This document shows positions 10,001 to 18,768 of a stretch of 64,000 bases of DNA, piece after piece (position 1 is the stretch's first letter; every line of letters starts with the position of its first letter). This DNA comes from a virus (lineage: Duplodnaviria; Caudoviricetes), in the IMG/VR virus record IMGVR_UViG_3300043105_000102, positions 64,001 through 128,000 of that record; one strand, written 5' to 3'. The translations under genes and the position numbers were made by a program. The notes beneath the pieces are model-generated. The model was given only the letters and a program-made list of their open reading frames with translations, was not told the origin of the DNA and ran no database searches.

Positions 10001-10068
10001 ATCCTGATGGCCGACTTGCTTTGCGCCATGATAGATATAAAGGAGAGGAGTCTGAAAGTAATGACTAA
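3994..10068 (+). CDS. dnaE: DNA polymerase III alpha subunit (DnaE-type), discontinuous: 3994-4032 + 4038-4703 + 5157-5712 + 6017-6588 + 6873-7539 + 8729-10068 (1279 aa)
   Basis: Joined sequence restores PHP LHNHTDYS, FTEH, GNEIY, TTD|SHY, GPSRGSGTGF, LDIDVD, GIHAGG, S|LIKYDLL, GYGFNLSH, LPDINQS and a C-terminal OB fold. Confidence 0.92.
4704..5156 (+). mobile_element. Group I intron dnaE-I1 (453 nt) with an enlarged P1 loop
   Basis: GCTAACGG, AATCCCGTGC, GTAACGACTA, AAATATAGTC core. P10 AATGAC/GTCATT; restores TTD|SHY. Confidence 0.9.
4755..4838 (+). pseudogene. Probable homing-endonuclease remnant (27 aa) inside dnaE-I1
   Basis: Strong RBS AAGGAGGTGA + ATG; MRSLKSFSAEEKQQILNDKRENPFKRY*; enclosed by a 12-bp stem (4710-4721 / 4884-4895). 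Confidence 0.55.
5713..6016 (+). mobile_element. Group I intron dnaE-I2 (304 nt, no ORF)
   Basis: P1 ACTGGGT/GCTCAGT; GCTAACGG, AATACCGTG, GTAGAGACTA, GAGATAGTC; the GGG T|TT junction gives GSGTGFVLLYVL. Confidence 0.9.
6589..6872 (+). mobile_element. Group I intron dnaE-I3 (284 nt, no ORF)
   Basis: P1 GAGT/GCTC, P10 TAAG/CTTA; CCGGGGAA, AATCCCGG, TCGACTA, AAGATATAGTC; restores EDVS|LIKYDLL. Confidence 0.9.
7540..8728 (+). mobile_element. Group I intron dnaE-I4 (1189 nt) with a LAGLIDADG ORF in the P8 loop
   Basis: AATTGCTGGAAA, AATCAGCAGC, GTTCAACGACTA, AAGATATAGTC; P8 CATCGTT/AACGATG flanks the ORF; GGG T|AC gives RGYGFNLSH. Confidence 0.92.
7740..8669 (+). CDS. Intron-encoded double-motif LAGLIDADG homing endonuclease with N-terminal HTH-like repeats
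   Basis: WLGFIFADG and FLRGLIDGDG motifs; RBS GGAGGTG. Confidence 0.9.
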   Translation: MDQQQIIDWYVKDGFSINYIAKNLLHCRASTISKILKENNIVIKKGATKKVNINQEKEIIELYTKEHYTQKELAEKFHRSTDTIHKILIKNSVAIISQPKINKNQIDTYFDIIDTEEKAYWLGFIFADGNIFNNQLTIEIHERDRELLERFKIALNLNGKISHRVRKNTSVCSVRVVSKHLCETLSKYGIVPNKTYVTKHLPQVPETMLPHFLRGLIDGDGWISTDKSGHYHIGFVSHFPSVCEDFKRYCNILTDGKCRAAITRKDKNYSGYCFQIQSKEATKLIATILYKDNTICLSRKYRRVEPLLD

Positions 10069-10282
10069 AGAAAAGATTTTGCTAAAATATAGGTCTAAAG
10101 AAGTAACCCATATCTACGTAACAGCAATTCCTAATGAAATTGATAAGCACCAATTAAGGCTATCAAAGACTAAAGATTTCCTTATCCCTACTTGGGAATT
10201 TCCGATTAACATTTATAGGTTTGAAGATTATGGAAAAACTTGGGCCTTTACCGAAGAAGAACTGAGGAAAGAAAATGTATAA
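10061..10282 (+). CDS. Hypothetical protein (73 aa; start more likely ATG 10061 than TTG 9941)
   Basis: GAGGAG RBS before ATG 10061; ends in a DYGKTWAFTEEE-type motif common in small phage proteins. Confidence 0.6.
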   Translation: MTKEKILLKYRSKEVTHIYVTAIPNEIDKHQLRLSKTKDFLIPTWEFPINIYRFEDYGKTWAFTEEELRKENV

Positions 10283-10844
10283 ATATTGTATTATTGCTTT
10301 AATTGGAAAGGCCGGAAGTGGGAAAGACACATTACTGAAAGAGCTTTTAAAGGTTGAACCAAAGCTAAGGAGTATTGTAAGTTATACCACTCGGCCCCCA
10401 CGCCAAGGAGAACTAGATGGAATAGATTATCACTTTGTCTCTGGGGAAGTATTCGCGGCCAAACTTCTAAATGAAGAACTTCTTGAGGCTAGTTTCTTTA
10501 ATGATTGGTTCTATGGGACTGGCTATGATAGTTTAAAGCCCGGAGCAATTCATGTCGGAGTTTTTAATCCTGATGGGGTTGATTCCCTTAAAGCCCATAA
10601 AGATATTCTTACAGTTGTTTATTATCTTGACGTAAAAGATAAAGAAAGACTGTTGCGGCAATTGAATAGAGAAGATGACCCTGATGTTAATGAAATTATC
10701 CGTAGATTTAAGGCCGATGAAGTAGACTTTGACGAAATAGATTTCTCCTATAATCTTTTGGTTAATGATAATACAGAAGATTTGCGCGAAAACCTTAAAA
10801 TTATTACCTCAGACCTAGCTCTTTTTGAAAGCAAAATTGGATAA
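10275..10844 (+). CDS. gmk: Guanylate kinase
   Basis: GKAGSGKDT P-loop, SYTTRPPRQGELDGIDYHFVS, WFYGT. Confidence 0.9.
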   Translation: MYKYCIIALIGKAGSGKDTLLKELLKVEPKLRSIVSYTTRPPRQGELDGIDYHFVSGEVFAAKLLNEELLEASFFNDWFYGTGYDSLKPGAIHVGVFNPDGVDSLKAHKDILTVVYYLDVKDKERLLRQLNREDDPDVNEIIRRFKADEVDFDEIDFSYNLLVNDNTEDLRENLKIITSDLALFESKIG

Positions 10845-10858
10845 ACATTAGGTAATAA

Positions 10859-10906
10859 AAGCTATATATAGTATGGATGCCCAAAAATTCATACTATATA
10901 TAGCTT
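10859..10906. promoter_or_regulatory. Tandem NrdR boxes upstream of nrdD
   Basis: AAGCTATATATAGTAT (10859-10874) and ATACTATATATAGCTT (10891-10906), 32 bp apart; cores match the NrdR consensus acaCwAtATaTwGtgt. Confidence 0.75.
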
Positions 10907-10924
10907 ACAGGAGGAATGTAAAAA

Positions 10925-13900
10925 ATGAATATATTGAAAAGAAACGGCGCAGAAGTCCCTTTCGATGGGCAGAAAATTCAGAATGCAATTATTAAAGCTA
11001 TGGCCGAAGTTGGCGGCGGCCAAGATACAACAATTGCAGGAGACATAGCCGCCAAAGTTGAAGCTGACATCACTAAGAGTCCAGAAAAAGCAAATGTTGA
11101 ATCTATTCAAGATTTAGTAGAGGATTATTTGATGCAATCTGGGCGGAGAGATGTTGCTAGAACTTATATTAGATACAGATATAAAAAAGAAAATGAACGA
11201 GCTTTACAAGAAGATTTAAATCTTCGTTTTAGAAAGTTCAATGCTTTAATTTCCGGTGAGGATGAAGAATCTAAAAAGGAGAACAGCAATAAAGATACTC
11301 GTATTATCCCTACTATGAGAGACTATATTGCGGGCTTCTCTTGCCGAGATATAGCAAAGAACTATTTTTCAAAAGAGATTTGGGATGCTCATGAAGCTGG
11401 AATTATCCATATTCATGATACCGATTATAGTCCGGCTATGCCGATGTATAACTGCTGTTTAATCAATCTTGAAGATATGCTTCAAAATGGTACGGTTATT
11501 AGTAAGACTATGATTGAAAAGCCTAAATCTTTTAGGACTGCTTGTACTGTAACTACTCAAATTATTACCCAAGTAGCAAGTAGTCAATACGGTGGAAATA
11601 CGATAAATCTTGCACACTTAGCGCCTTTTGTTGATATTTCAAGACAAAAGATTCGTGAAAAAGTGAAAAATGAAATCATCGAAACTGAGGGAAACCTAGA
11701 TAAGATAGATGAAATTACTGAAAAACAAGTCCTTGAGGAAATTAAGGATGGAATACAAACTATTCAGTATCAGCTTATTACAATGAGTACAACTAATGGT
11801 TAAAAAATGGCCACGCTAAGATGGGGACATCTTAGAGGAGTAGACGGCTAACCTACAAATGTAGGGTGTCTAGATATTTCCTATTTAGGCTAACGGTGAA
11901 CACTAAAATATTTTTAATTTAAGATATAAATATTCTAAGGTAAAGGAGGGGGAAATTTGATAATATATAAAATAACTAATGATTTTAACAATAAAGTCTA
12001 CATTGGGCAGACTATATATAACGATCTTAAAAAGCGAATTAAAACTTATAAAAGTGAAATTCAATTTAGAGATGGTACAAGGCCAATCATTCAAGAGATA
12101 AGGAAACATGGTATAGACCATTTCACTTGGGAAGTTCTTGAAAAAGATATTAATAGTCAACAAGAGCTGGATGAAAAAGAAATTGCCTATATTAAAGAAT
12201 ATAAAAGTTTAACATCTCAAAATGGGTATAATGCAGATGTTGGTGGAAGAGGACAAGGGCCTCGTTCTGAAGAAACAAAAAAGAAAATAGGAGATGCACA
12301 ACGAGGGAAATTAAACCATATGTACGGAAAAACCGGAGCAAAAAATGCTACTTCTAAGAAAGTCATGGAATTAACAACCGGAAAAACCTATGAATCAGCT
12401 TGCGAAGCAGCAAGAGATCTTGGAATCAATTTTTCTCATATTTGTGCCACAGCTAGAGGCAAAAGAGGCAGTACAAAAGGATATGTTTTCTTATATGTTG
12501 ATGAAAATGGTCATTTAATTATACCAAATAGAATGACTAAAATTAAAAATCCCTCTTTAAGAAAAAAGCTTCATAATTTATACCCGAATCTATTTTAAAT
12601 TAAAATATCATGTCAATACCGTGCCAAGCTTCTACCTATGTAAGAAGAAGGTGTAACGACTATCCCTTATTGGGAGTAGGATTAAGGTGGAAGCCCTTAA
12701 CCCGAAAGACCGTCCATCTAGAACAGATGAAAAGATAGTCTAAGCTATTTAGAAATAAATAGAGGGGTCTGCAAGCCCCATTTACGTCAATTTTTATGTG
12801 GATTGACTCTGATTACGATAAACAATTACAACACGATTTAGCTCTTGTTATTAAAGAAGTTTTAAAACAGCGCATAGAGGGAGTAAAGAATGAAAAAGGT
12901 GTACCTATTACTACAGCTTTTCCCAAATTACTTTATTGCCTTGACGAGAATAATATTCATGAAGACTCTGAATATTGGTACTTAACAGAACTGGCCGCAG
13001 AATGTAGTGCAAAGCGTTTAGTACCAGATTATATCTCAGCTAAGAAAATGCGTGAACTTAAGAATGGAAACGTATTCGGCTGCATAAACAATAACTGTGC
13101 CTAATGATAGCGATATTATTAGAAAACTTGTCTAAACGGAGAAAGTCTTTTAACTAAGATAACTTACCGTGCTAAAAAGAAAGCCTAACGACTATCCCCG
13201 AAGGGGGAGTAGAATACAAGCTGTTGGTATTCGAAATGGCAAGCTTCTCAATAAAAAGAGAAGGTGATATAGTCTAATCTGCATATATAATCCATAAAAT
13301 GCAGCAGTTCATAAGAGAACGTAATAGATGTAGCGAATCTATTGGAATGTTAATGGGGATGCCGAAGTTTCCTTCAAGATTATATTGACCCAGAAACTGG
13401 AAAACATAAATTCTGGGGTCGATTCAACCAAGGGGTCTGTACTTTAAATCTTGCCGATGTAGCTCTATCTTCTGGTGGAGATTTTGACAAATTTTGGAAA
13501 ATTATGGATGAAAGGCTCCAAATGTGTTATGAAGTTTTAATGGTTCGTCATAACGTATTAAAAGGTACCAAGTCTGATGTGGCGCCAATCCTTTGGCAGC
13601 ATGGTGCTTTAGCAAGACTTGCTCCCGGAGAAACCATTGATAAGTTGCTTTATAACGATTATAGTTCTATTTCATTAGGATATGCTGGACTGTATGAATG
13701 TATCCATTATATGACTGGTGGTTCCCAACTAGATGAAAAAGGATATAATTTTGGTATGGAAGTTATGAAGTGCCTTAAAAGTGCTACCGATAAGTGGAGA
13801 GAAAAAACCAATATTGGGTTCTCCCTTTATGGCTCTCCCATTGAAACAACCACTCAAAAATTCGGTAAAGGCCTTAAAAAGAGATTTGGAATTATTAAAG

Positions 13901-15306
13901 GGATTACTGACAAGAACTACGTCACTAACTCCTATCATATTACGCCCTCTCAGCATATTGACGCCTTTAACAAGCTGAGAATTGAATCTAGGTTCCAAGA
14001 ACTTAGTTTGGGTGGTTAGCCTAAATAGCTACCCTGAAATTATGTGAACGCAAGAAAAAGCGGTGTTTAACCTTATGGTTAAGCTAACGGGGAACACTTA
14101 ATTGGAAATCCCGTGCCAAGCCTTATCTTATAAGGAAGGTGTACAGACTATCCCGCAAGGGAGTAGGACGGATTTTATCACCGTTCGAAGTGCATAAAAA
14201 GTGAAGCAGAGGGTACCTGCTACTTTAAGATATAGTCGAAAGGAAAATAATATGTATAAATGTGAAATTTGTGGTAAAGAAAGTTTTAAGAAAATACGAT
14301 TAGGTGGATATACACTTTGTAGTAAGCATATGCACCAGCTCCATTCTTATGGTAAATTTTTAGACGATAACCCAAGAACTCAAAATGATTTAAACGAGTA
14401 TAAAGTTGTTGGCGATATAGCTATTTTTAATTTATACGATGGAACCACTTCTGAGAAAATTGACGAATTTATTATTGACTCAGAAGATGTTGAAAAAGTT
14501 AAATATCATAAATGGAGACTTAGTCATAGTCATGTTGTAACGGGATTACCTTACAAAGGAACTCAAAGAGAACTAAGCTGGGTTATTTTAGGATTGGACA
14601 ATAGATTAAAAGAGAATGAGAATAAAGTTGTAGACCATATTGATTGCGACCCTAGAAATAATCGTAAATCTAATTTAAGGATTTGCTCACAAGCAGAAAA
14701 CGTAAGAAATAAAAGCTTTGTAAGTAACAATTCCTCTGATTTTATTGGGGTTAGCTATAGCAAAAAGAAAGATAGATATGACCCAGAAATTAGAATAAAT
14801 AAGCAGAGGTGCCATTTAGGGTATACAAAGACTTTAGAAGAAGCTGTATATAAGCGTCTAATAGCAGAAGAATTACTATTTGATGGCTTTAACAATGAAG
14901 CTGAATCTAATAGAAAAAGAGAATTTACCAAAAGTCTTCCACAAGAAGTAAAACAAGAACTTTACCAAACCACAATAAACAAATTAAAAGCTAAAAACCT
15001 TTGGCAATAAGCTACATTGAAACCCCAAATATGACAAAAAATATTCCAGCGGTTTTGGAAGTTATTAAATTTATATACGATAATATTATGTACGCTGAAA
15101 TCAATACTATGACAAGTTATTGCCATATATGCGGTTGTACAGATATTAAAATGGGTGATGATTTGAAATTCCATTGTCCAGAATGCGGCAATGATGATTT
15201 TGAGAAAATGAATATTGCTTTACGTGTCTGTGGGTACATAAGTACGAATCCCTTCTGTGAAGGACGTGCCGAAGACATCTATGCAAGGGTCGATCATTTT
15301 GATTAA
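10925..15306 (+). CDS. nrdD: Anaerobic (class III) ribonucleoside-triphosphate reductase, spliced: 10925-11800 + 12772-13085 + 13356-14016 + 15004-15306 (717 aa)
   Basis: N-terminal ATP cone (ILKRNG), HIHD, NCCL, TTNG|QAPF, GCMGCRSFL, GRFNQGV, GG|AISY, two CxxC, glycyl-radical RVCGY. Confidence 0.95.
11801..12771 (+). mobile_element. Group I intron nrdD-I1 (971 nt) with a GIY-YIG ORF
   Basis: P1 TGGT/GCCA; GCTAACGGTGAA...AATACCGTGCC flank the ORF (P5 region); GTAACGACTA, AAGATAGTC; restores TTNG|QAPF. Confidence 0.92.
11957..12598 (+). CDS. Intron-encoded GIY-YIG homing endonuclease (with NUMOD3/NUMOD1-like motifs)
   Basis: IIYKITN...VYIGQT; SEETKKKIG...NHMYGK; YESACEAARDLGI; AAGGAGG RBS + TTG. 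Confidence 0.9.
   Translation: MIIYKITNDFNNKVYIGQTIYNDLKKRIKTYKSEIQFRDGTRPIIQEIRKHGIDHFTWEVLEKDINSQQELDEKEIAYIKEYKSLTSQNGYNADVGGRGQGPRSEETKKKIGDAQRGKLNHMYGKTGAKNATSKKVMELTTGKTYESACEAARDLGINFSHICATARGKRGSTKGYVFLYVDENGHLIIPNRMTKIKNPSLRKKLHNLYPNLF
13086..13355 (+). mobile_element. Group I intron nrdD-I2 (270 nt, no ORF)
   Basis: P1 GCAT/GTGC; AAACGG, TACCGTGC, AACGACTA, GATATAGTC; AT|G junction restores GCMGCRS around the catalytic Cys region. Confidence 0.9.
14017..15003 (+). mobile_element. Group I intron nrdD-I3 (987 nt) with an HNH ORF 3' of P7
   Basis: P1 GGGTGGT/GCTACCC; GCTAACGGGGAA, AATCCCGTGCC, CAGACTA, AAGATATAGTC; restores SLGG|AISY. Confidence 0.9.
14252..15010 (+). CDS. Intron-encoded HNH endonuclease with C-terminal AP2-like domain
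   Basis: AAGGA RBS + ATG 14252; CxxC/C-H zinc-like N-terminus; VDHIDCDPRNNRKSNLRICSQAEN; GVSY...HLGY...EEA AP2-like tail. Confidence 0.88.
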   Translation: MYKCEICGKESFKKIRLGGYTLCSKHMHQLHSYGKFLDDNPRTQNDLNEYKVVGDIAIFNLYDGTTSEKIDEFIIDSEDVEKVKYHKWRLSHSHVVTGLPYKGTQRELSWVILGLDNRLKENENKVVDHIDCDPRNNRKSNLRICSQAENVRNKSFVSNNSSDFIGVSYSKKKDRYDPEIRINKQRCHLGYTKTLEEAVYKRLIAEELLFDGFNNEAESNRKREFTKSLPQEVKQELYQTTINKLKAKNLWQ

Positions 15307-15356
15307 GGGCGAACCTTTGAAATACGAATACGAGAAAAGAGGTGGTTATAAAGCCT

Positions 15357-15842
15357 ATGCGTTATAATACTATTAAGAAGAACGATATAGCTAATTGCCC
15401 GGGGGTAGCAGTTTCTGTCTATCTTCAGGGTTGCCCCCATCACTGCTATAAATGCTTCAACCAAGAGACTTGGGATTTTAATGGCGGCAAAGAGTTTACA
15501 GACGAAACCCTAAACGATATTATTACTGGACTAACTGAAAATGGCGTTAAACGTTCTCTCTGTCTTTTGGGAGGAGAACCTCTTTGCCCAGAAAATCAAC
15601 CTCTGACGTATCTAATAATTAGTTCAGTAAAAGAAAAGCTGCCAGATACAAAAATATATATATGGACAGGATATTATCTTGACCAACTTTTAAAGTCCAA
15701 AAGCCAACTACTAGATCAGATTTTGGAACTTACAGATTGTGTTGTAGATGGGCCGTATATTGATGCTTTAAGAGATATTAGACTGCCCATGCGTGGCTCA
15801 AGTAATCAGAACATAAACTATTTAAAAAAAGAAAAGAGGTAA
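15357..15842 (+). CDS. nrdG: Anaerobic RNR activating enzyme (radical SAM); alternative GTG start at 15342
   Basis: CPHHCYKCFN (CxxxCxxC), LLGGEP, WTGY, VDGPY, RGSSNQ. Confidence 0.95.
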   Translation: MRYNTIKKNDIANCPGVAVSVYLQGCPHHCYKCFNQETWDFNGGKEFTDETLNDIITGLTENGVKRSLCLLGGEPLCPENQPLTYLIISSVKEKLPDTKIYIWTGYYLDQLLKSKSQLLDQILELTDCVVDGPYIDALRDIRLPMRGSSNQNINYLKKEKR

Positions 15843-15848
15843 TGTCTT

Positions 15849-16349
15849 ATAGAAACTATTCATGTATTAGCAGAAACTTGTTTAGATAGCTTAAAGAATG
15901 TAGAAGAAAATCAATTAGCTTTTCTTGAAGATAAGAAAGAATATAGGTATTTTAAAGATGGCGAATGGCGCTCCCCCATAAGAGGGAAGGCCGCCAATAG
16001 CAATTTCTCTATGAGCGTTTATGAAATGAATCAGCAAATAGTTTCCCAATTACCAGATTTAACCAGTGACCAAAAGAAAGAGTTCAAAAAGAAGCTTGAA
16101 GATTGGGTTGGTGCCCAACCTAATTCCCGATTCTTCTTGCTCTATGGAAAAGACATTGGATATTTCACCTTATTTGAAAGAAGCTCTAGTACCCAAGAAA
16201 AGATAGCTGATATATTTATGGAATGCTTTGATAATATCGGCCCCATAAAAACTTACGATATTACTTCTTCGGCCATTGAAGTTTGGGCTAACTCAACGGT
16301 ATTTTATTTCTTTAATTATGATAACGGAGTTGAAAAATTTAATGGATGA
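15849..16349 (+). CDS. Hypothetical protein, paralog of 16672..17190; probable non-canonical ATA start
   Basis: The frame of the 16011 ORF is open back to 15843 and the extension aligns with the paralog N-terminus. AGAGGT lies 8 nt before ATA 15849. Confidence 0.65.
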   Translation: METIHVLAETCLDSLKNVEENQLAFLEDKKEYRYFKDGEWRSPIRGKAANSNFSMSVYEMNQQIVSQLPDLTSDQKKEFKKKLEDWVGAQPNSRFFLLYGKDIGYFTLFERSSSTQEKIADIFMECFDNIGPIKTYDITSSAIEVWANSTVFYFFNYDNGVEKFNG

Positions 16350-16578
16350 AAAAGTAATTGCTTGTTATCTAGCTCTTTTTGAAAGGTACCAACCTATTTA
16401 TCTTCCTGATGGAACAAGAGAAAGATGCTTAATTGGTGAAGTAGAAAGCTTTATTCTAAAAGCGTGTGAGAATTTTGACTGTTATAAAGTTCACTTCTAT
16501 GGGAACGAACTTTATATCCAAAAGCTAATTGAAACCATGTCAGAAGAAAATCCTAAACTGGAATTTGAAGTAAACTAA
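16342..16578 (+). CDS. Hypothetical protein
   Basis: GGAG RBS before ATG 16342, overlapping the upstream gene end. Confidence 0.6.
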   Translation: MDEKVIACYLALFERYQPIYLPDGTRERCLIGEVESFILKACENFDCYKVHFYGNELYIQKLIETMSEENPKLEFEVN

Positions 16579-16585
16579 AAAAAAT

Positions 16586-16642
16586 AAAGTCAACTCTATC
16601 TTTTTTGGTAGAGTTGACTTTTTTCTTGTTTTATGGTATAAT
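16586..16642 (+). promoter_or_regulatory. Terminator hairpin whose 3' arm contains the -35 of a sigmaA promoter
   Basis: AAAGTCAACTCTA/TAGAGTTGACTTT + T-run; TTGACT (16614)-17 nt-TATAAT (16637) with TG. Confidence 0.7.
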
Positions 16643-16671
16643 ATAAATATAGATGAAAGGAGTTCTGTCTT

Positions 16672-17190
16672 ATGAATTGTGATTTTCAAATGATTGATAT
16701 AGCTACAGAGGAAGATTTAGATACCGTTATGGGACATAGAGAAGGTATGGTAGCCTTTATAGAAGATGTTCAAGAATATAGAGTATATTTAAATGGCGAA
16801 TGGCGGCCAGTAGAAGAACAATCAGCAGAGAACGGCGGTCTAGCCCTAAATCTGTATGAGGTAAACCGCCAGATCGTTTCCCAGCTACCAAACTTTAGTG
16901 AAGAGCAGAAAAAAGATTTTAAGACAGCTCTTTCTTTCTGGATTGACCCAGAAGTCAATTACTATTTACTTATGGGGCAAGAGACTAGTACTTCTATGCT
17001 ATTTGTGCGGGAAGCTGGTTCTGAGGAATCTTTGGTAGACCTATTATATGAAAGTTTTGATGAAATAGGTCTTATTAAAGATTATGAAATAATTGATGAA
17101 AACGCTTTGGAAGTTTGGATGGACTGCTTTGGGCTGGTTTCTTGTTTCTATCTTGTTAATTACGAAAATGGCGTAAGAAAATTTAAGTGA
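16672..17190 (+). CDS. Hypothetical protein (paralog of 15849..16349)
   Basis: AAGGAG RBS; shares YEVNRQIVSQLP, IGLIKDY, EVW, Y..NYENGV.KF with the upstream paralog. Confidence 0.8.
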   Translation: MNCDFQMIDIATEEDLDTVMGHREGMVAFIEDVQEYRVYLNGEWRPVEEQSAENGGLALNLYEVNRQIVSQLPNFSEEQKKDFKTALSFWIDPEVNYYLLMGQETSTSMLFVREAGSEESLVDLLYESFDEIGLIKDYEIIDENALEVWMDCFGLVSCFYLVNYENGVRKFK

Positions 17191-17200
17191 GGTTTTTAAA

Positions 17201-17449
17201 ATGGATAAATATTTAATCAAGTCAACAAACGTATATAGAGTCCCTACTGTTGAAGATGCTTTGAAATTGCGGGACGAGCTTCAAAATACAGAAAATGGAG
17301 AGCTGACAAACTTTAGCTATACTACTAAGTATATTAAGGCTAAGGGTGAAATTATTGAGGAATATCAATTGGTAAAGACCTGTATTGAGTTTACTTCTGA
17401 GAAAGATCCTGAACTCCATATTCAAGCTAAGTATGAAATGGAGTACTAA
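17201..17449 (+). CDS. Hypothetical protein
   Basis: GAGGT RBS, 82 aa. Confidence 0.7.
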   Translation: MDKYLIKSTNVYRVPTVEDALKLRDELQNTENGELTNFSYTTKYIKAKGEIIEEYQLVKTCIEFTSEKDPELHIQAKYEMEY

Positions 17450-17454
17450 TATAA

Positions 17455-18238
17455 ATGGCAAAGTTCGAAAAGATTTCTAAATACGAAAATATCAATATCA
17501 ATCTCCCAGTGCGCAAAACTGCTGATTCCGCAGGCTATGATTTTGAAGTGGCCGAAGATACTCTAGTACTTCCTTATGATGAACTTGGACTTGATTTACT
17601 TAGTGAATATGTCGGGCCAGAAGGAAGTAGAGAACTTGAACCTCTTACTTTGGAAGAAACTGCGGCCTTAACTAAGAAAGCAGAGTCTAAACCTACTTTA
17701 GTTCCTACTGGAATTAAATGCCAACTAGACCCCGGAACTTATTTAGAGTTAAGTGTGCGCAGCTCTTGCCCCCTTAAATATTGGCTTATTTTAGCTAATG
17801 GAGTCGGTAGAATAATGCCGACTATAAATTGAGTAAAATCGGTGAAACCCTCCAATAGATAGGGCAATACCGAGGTAAACTTCTAAATTACGAAAGGTTA
17901 GAAGTCACCGTAGAGCGTAGGCAATGAATAAATATAATTTGCCCAAGAGTACTCAACAATATAATTGAAAATGTACGCCGAACTTATACGATGGTAAAGT
18001 ATAAGAACTAGAGGATAAAAAGCCTCTAGGGTAACAAATGGTTATTGACAGAGATTACTATAATAATAGCGACAATGAGGGGCATATCTTTTTCCAGATT
18101 ATAAACTTATCGCCATTCCCCATTATTCTTAAAAAGGGCGATATAATTGGCCAAGGCATTATTAAGTCATATTTAAAAGTTGAAAATGATGATGCTGCTG
18201 GAGAGCGCACCGGCGGCTTTGGTAGTACTTCTAAGTGA
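17455..18238 (+). CDS. dut: Trimeric dUTPase, spliced: 17455-17808 + 18041-18238 (183 aa)
   Basis: SAGYD, RSS, GVG|VIDRDY, IGQG, RTGGFGST motifs. Confidence 0.95.
17809..18040 (+). mobile_element. Group I intron in dut (232 nt, no ORF)
   Basis: P1 AGTCGGT/GCCGACT, P10 AATAAT/GTTATT; AATCGGTGAAA, AATACCGAG; P7 GCGTA/TACGC; terminal G. Confidence 0.92.
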
Positions 18239-18720
18239 GCCATCTATTAGCTTTAGACCAAAGTAGTAGAATTACTGGTTGGTCAGTATTTATAGATGGG
18301 GAACTAAAAGAATATGGCAAATTTACTTTAAGTCAGTCTGACGTTGGAGAGAGACTATTCTCCCTAAGAGAAAAAGTTAAAGAGCTAATTGATAAATATG
18401 AAATTGATGAACTAATCTTTGAAGATATTCAACTTCAAGGAAATGTATCAAATAATGTAAAGACTTTTAAAGTTCTGGCGGAAGTCTATGGGACTATTGA
18501 GGAATTGGCTACTGAATTAGCCATCCCGCATTTCTCAGTATTAGCAGTTACTTGGAAAGCCGGGTTAGGTATTAAAGGTTCTTCAAGAGCTATCCAAAAG
18601 GCCAAAGCGCAAGAATACGTTTTAAATACTTATAACGCAAAAGTTACTTCTGATGAAGCCGATGCTATTTCTATTGGCGCCTATTGGGTAGGCCAAGATA
18701 AAGGCTTTAATTGGTCATAA
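18235..18720 (+). CDS. RuvC-like Holliday junction resolvase
   Basis: LALDQSSRITGW, IFEDI, TWK, DEADAISIG acidic RNase H-fold motifs. Confidence 0.85.
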   Translation: MSHLLALDQSSRITGWSVFIDGELKEYGKFTLSQSDVGERLFSLREKVKELIDKYEIDELIFEDIQLQGNVSNNVKTFKVLAEVYGTIEELATELAIPHFSVLAVTWKAGLGIKGSSRAIQKAKAQEYVLNTYNAKVTSDEADAISIGAYWVGQDKGFNWS

Positions 18721-18724
18721 AAAC

Positions 18725-18768
18725 AAAAAAAAAGAGGGTTAGGAATTTCTTCCTAACCCTCTAAAATT
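18725..18768. terminator. Terminator between the convergent replication and late blocks
   Basis: AGAGGGTTAGGAA/TTCCTAACCCTCT hairpin with a long A-run on the left (U-tract for the - strand). Confidence 0.85.

Noticed and set aside
14201-14251. GTG-start extension of the HNH ORF in the track
   Set aside because: It overlaps the intron P8/P7 core; the RBS and ATG are at 14252.
3994-18238. dnaE, nrdD and dut as pseudogenes, split genes or intein-containing genes
   Set aside because: The interruptions are non-coding, have group I cores, and their removal restores exact frames and motifs.
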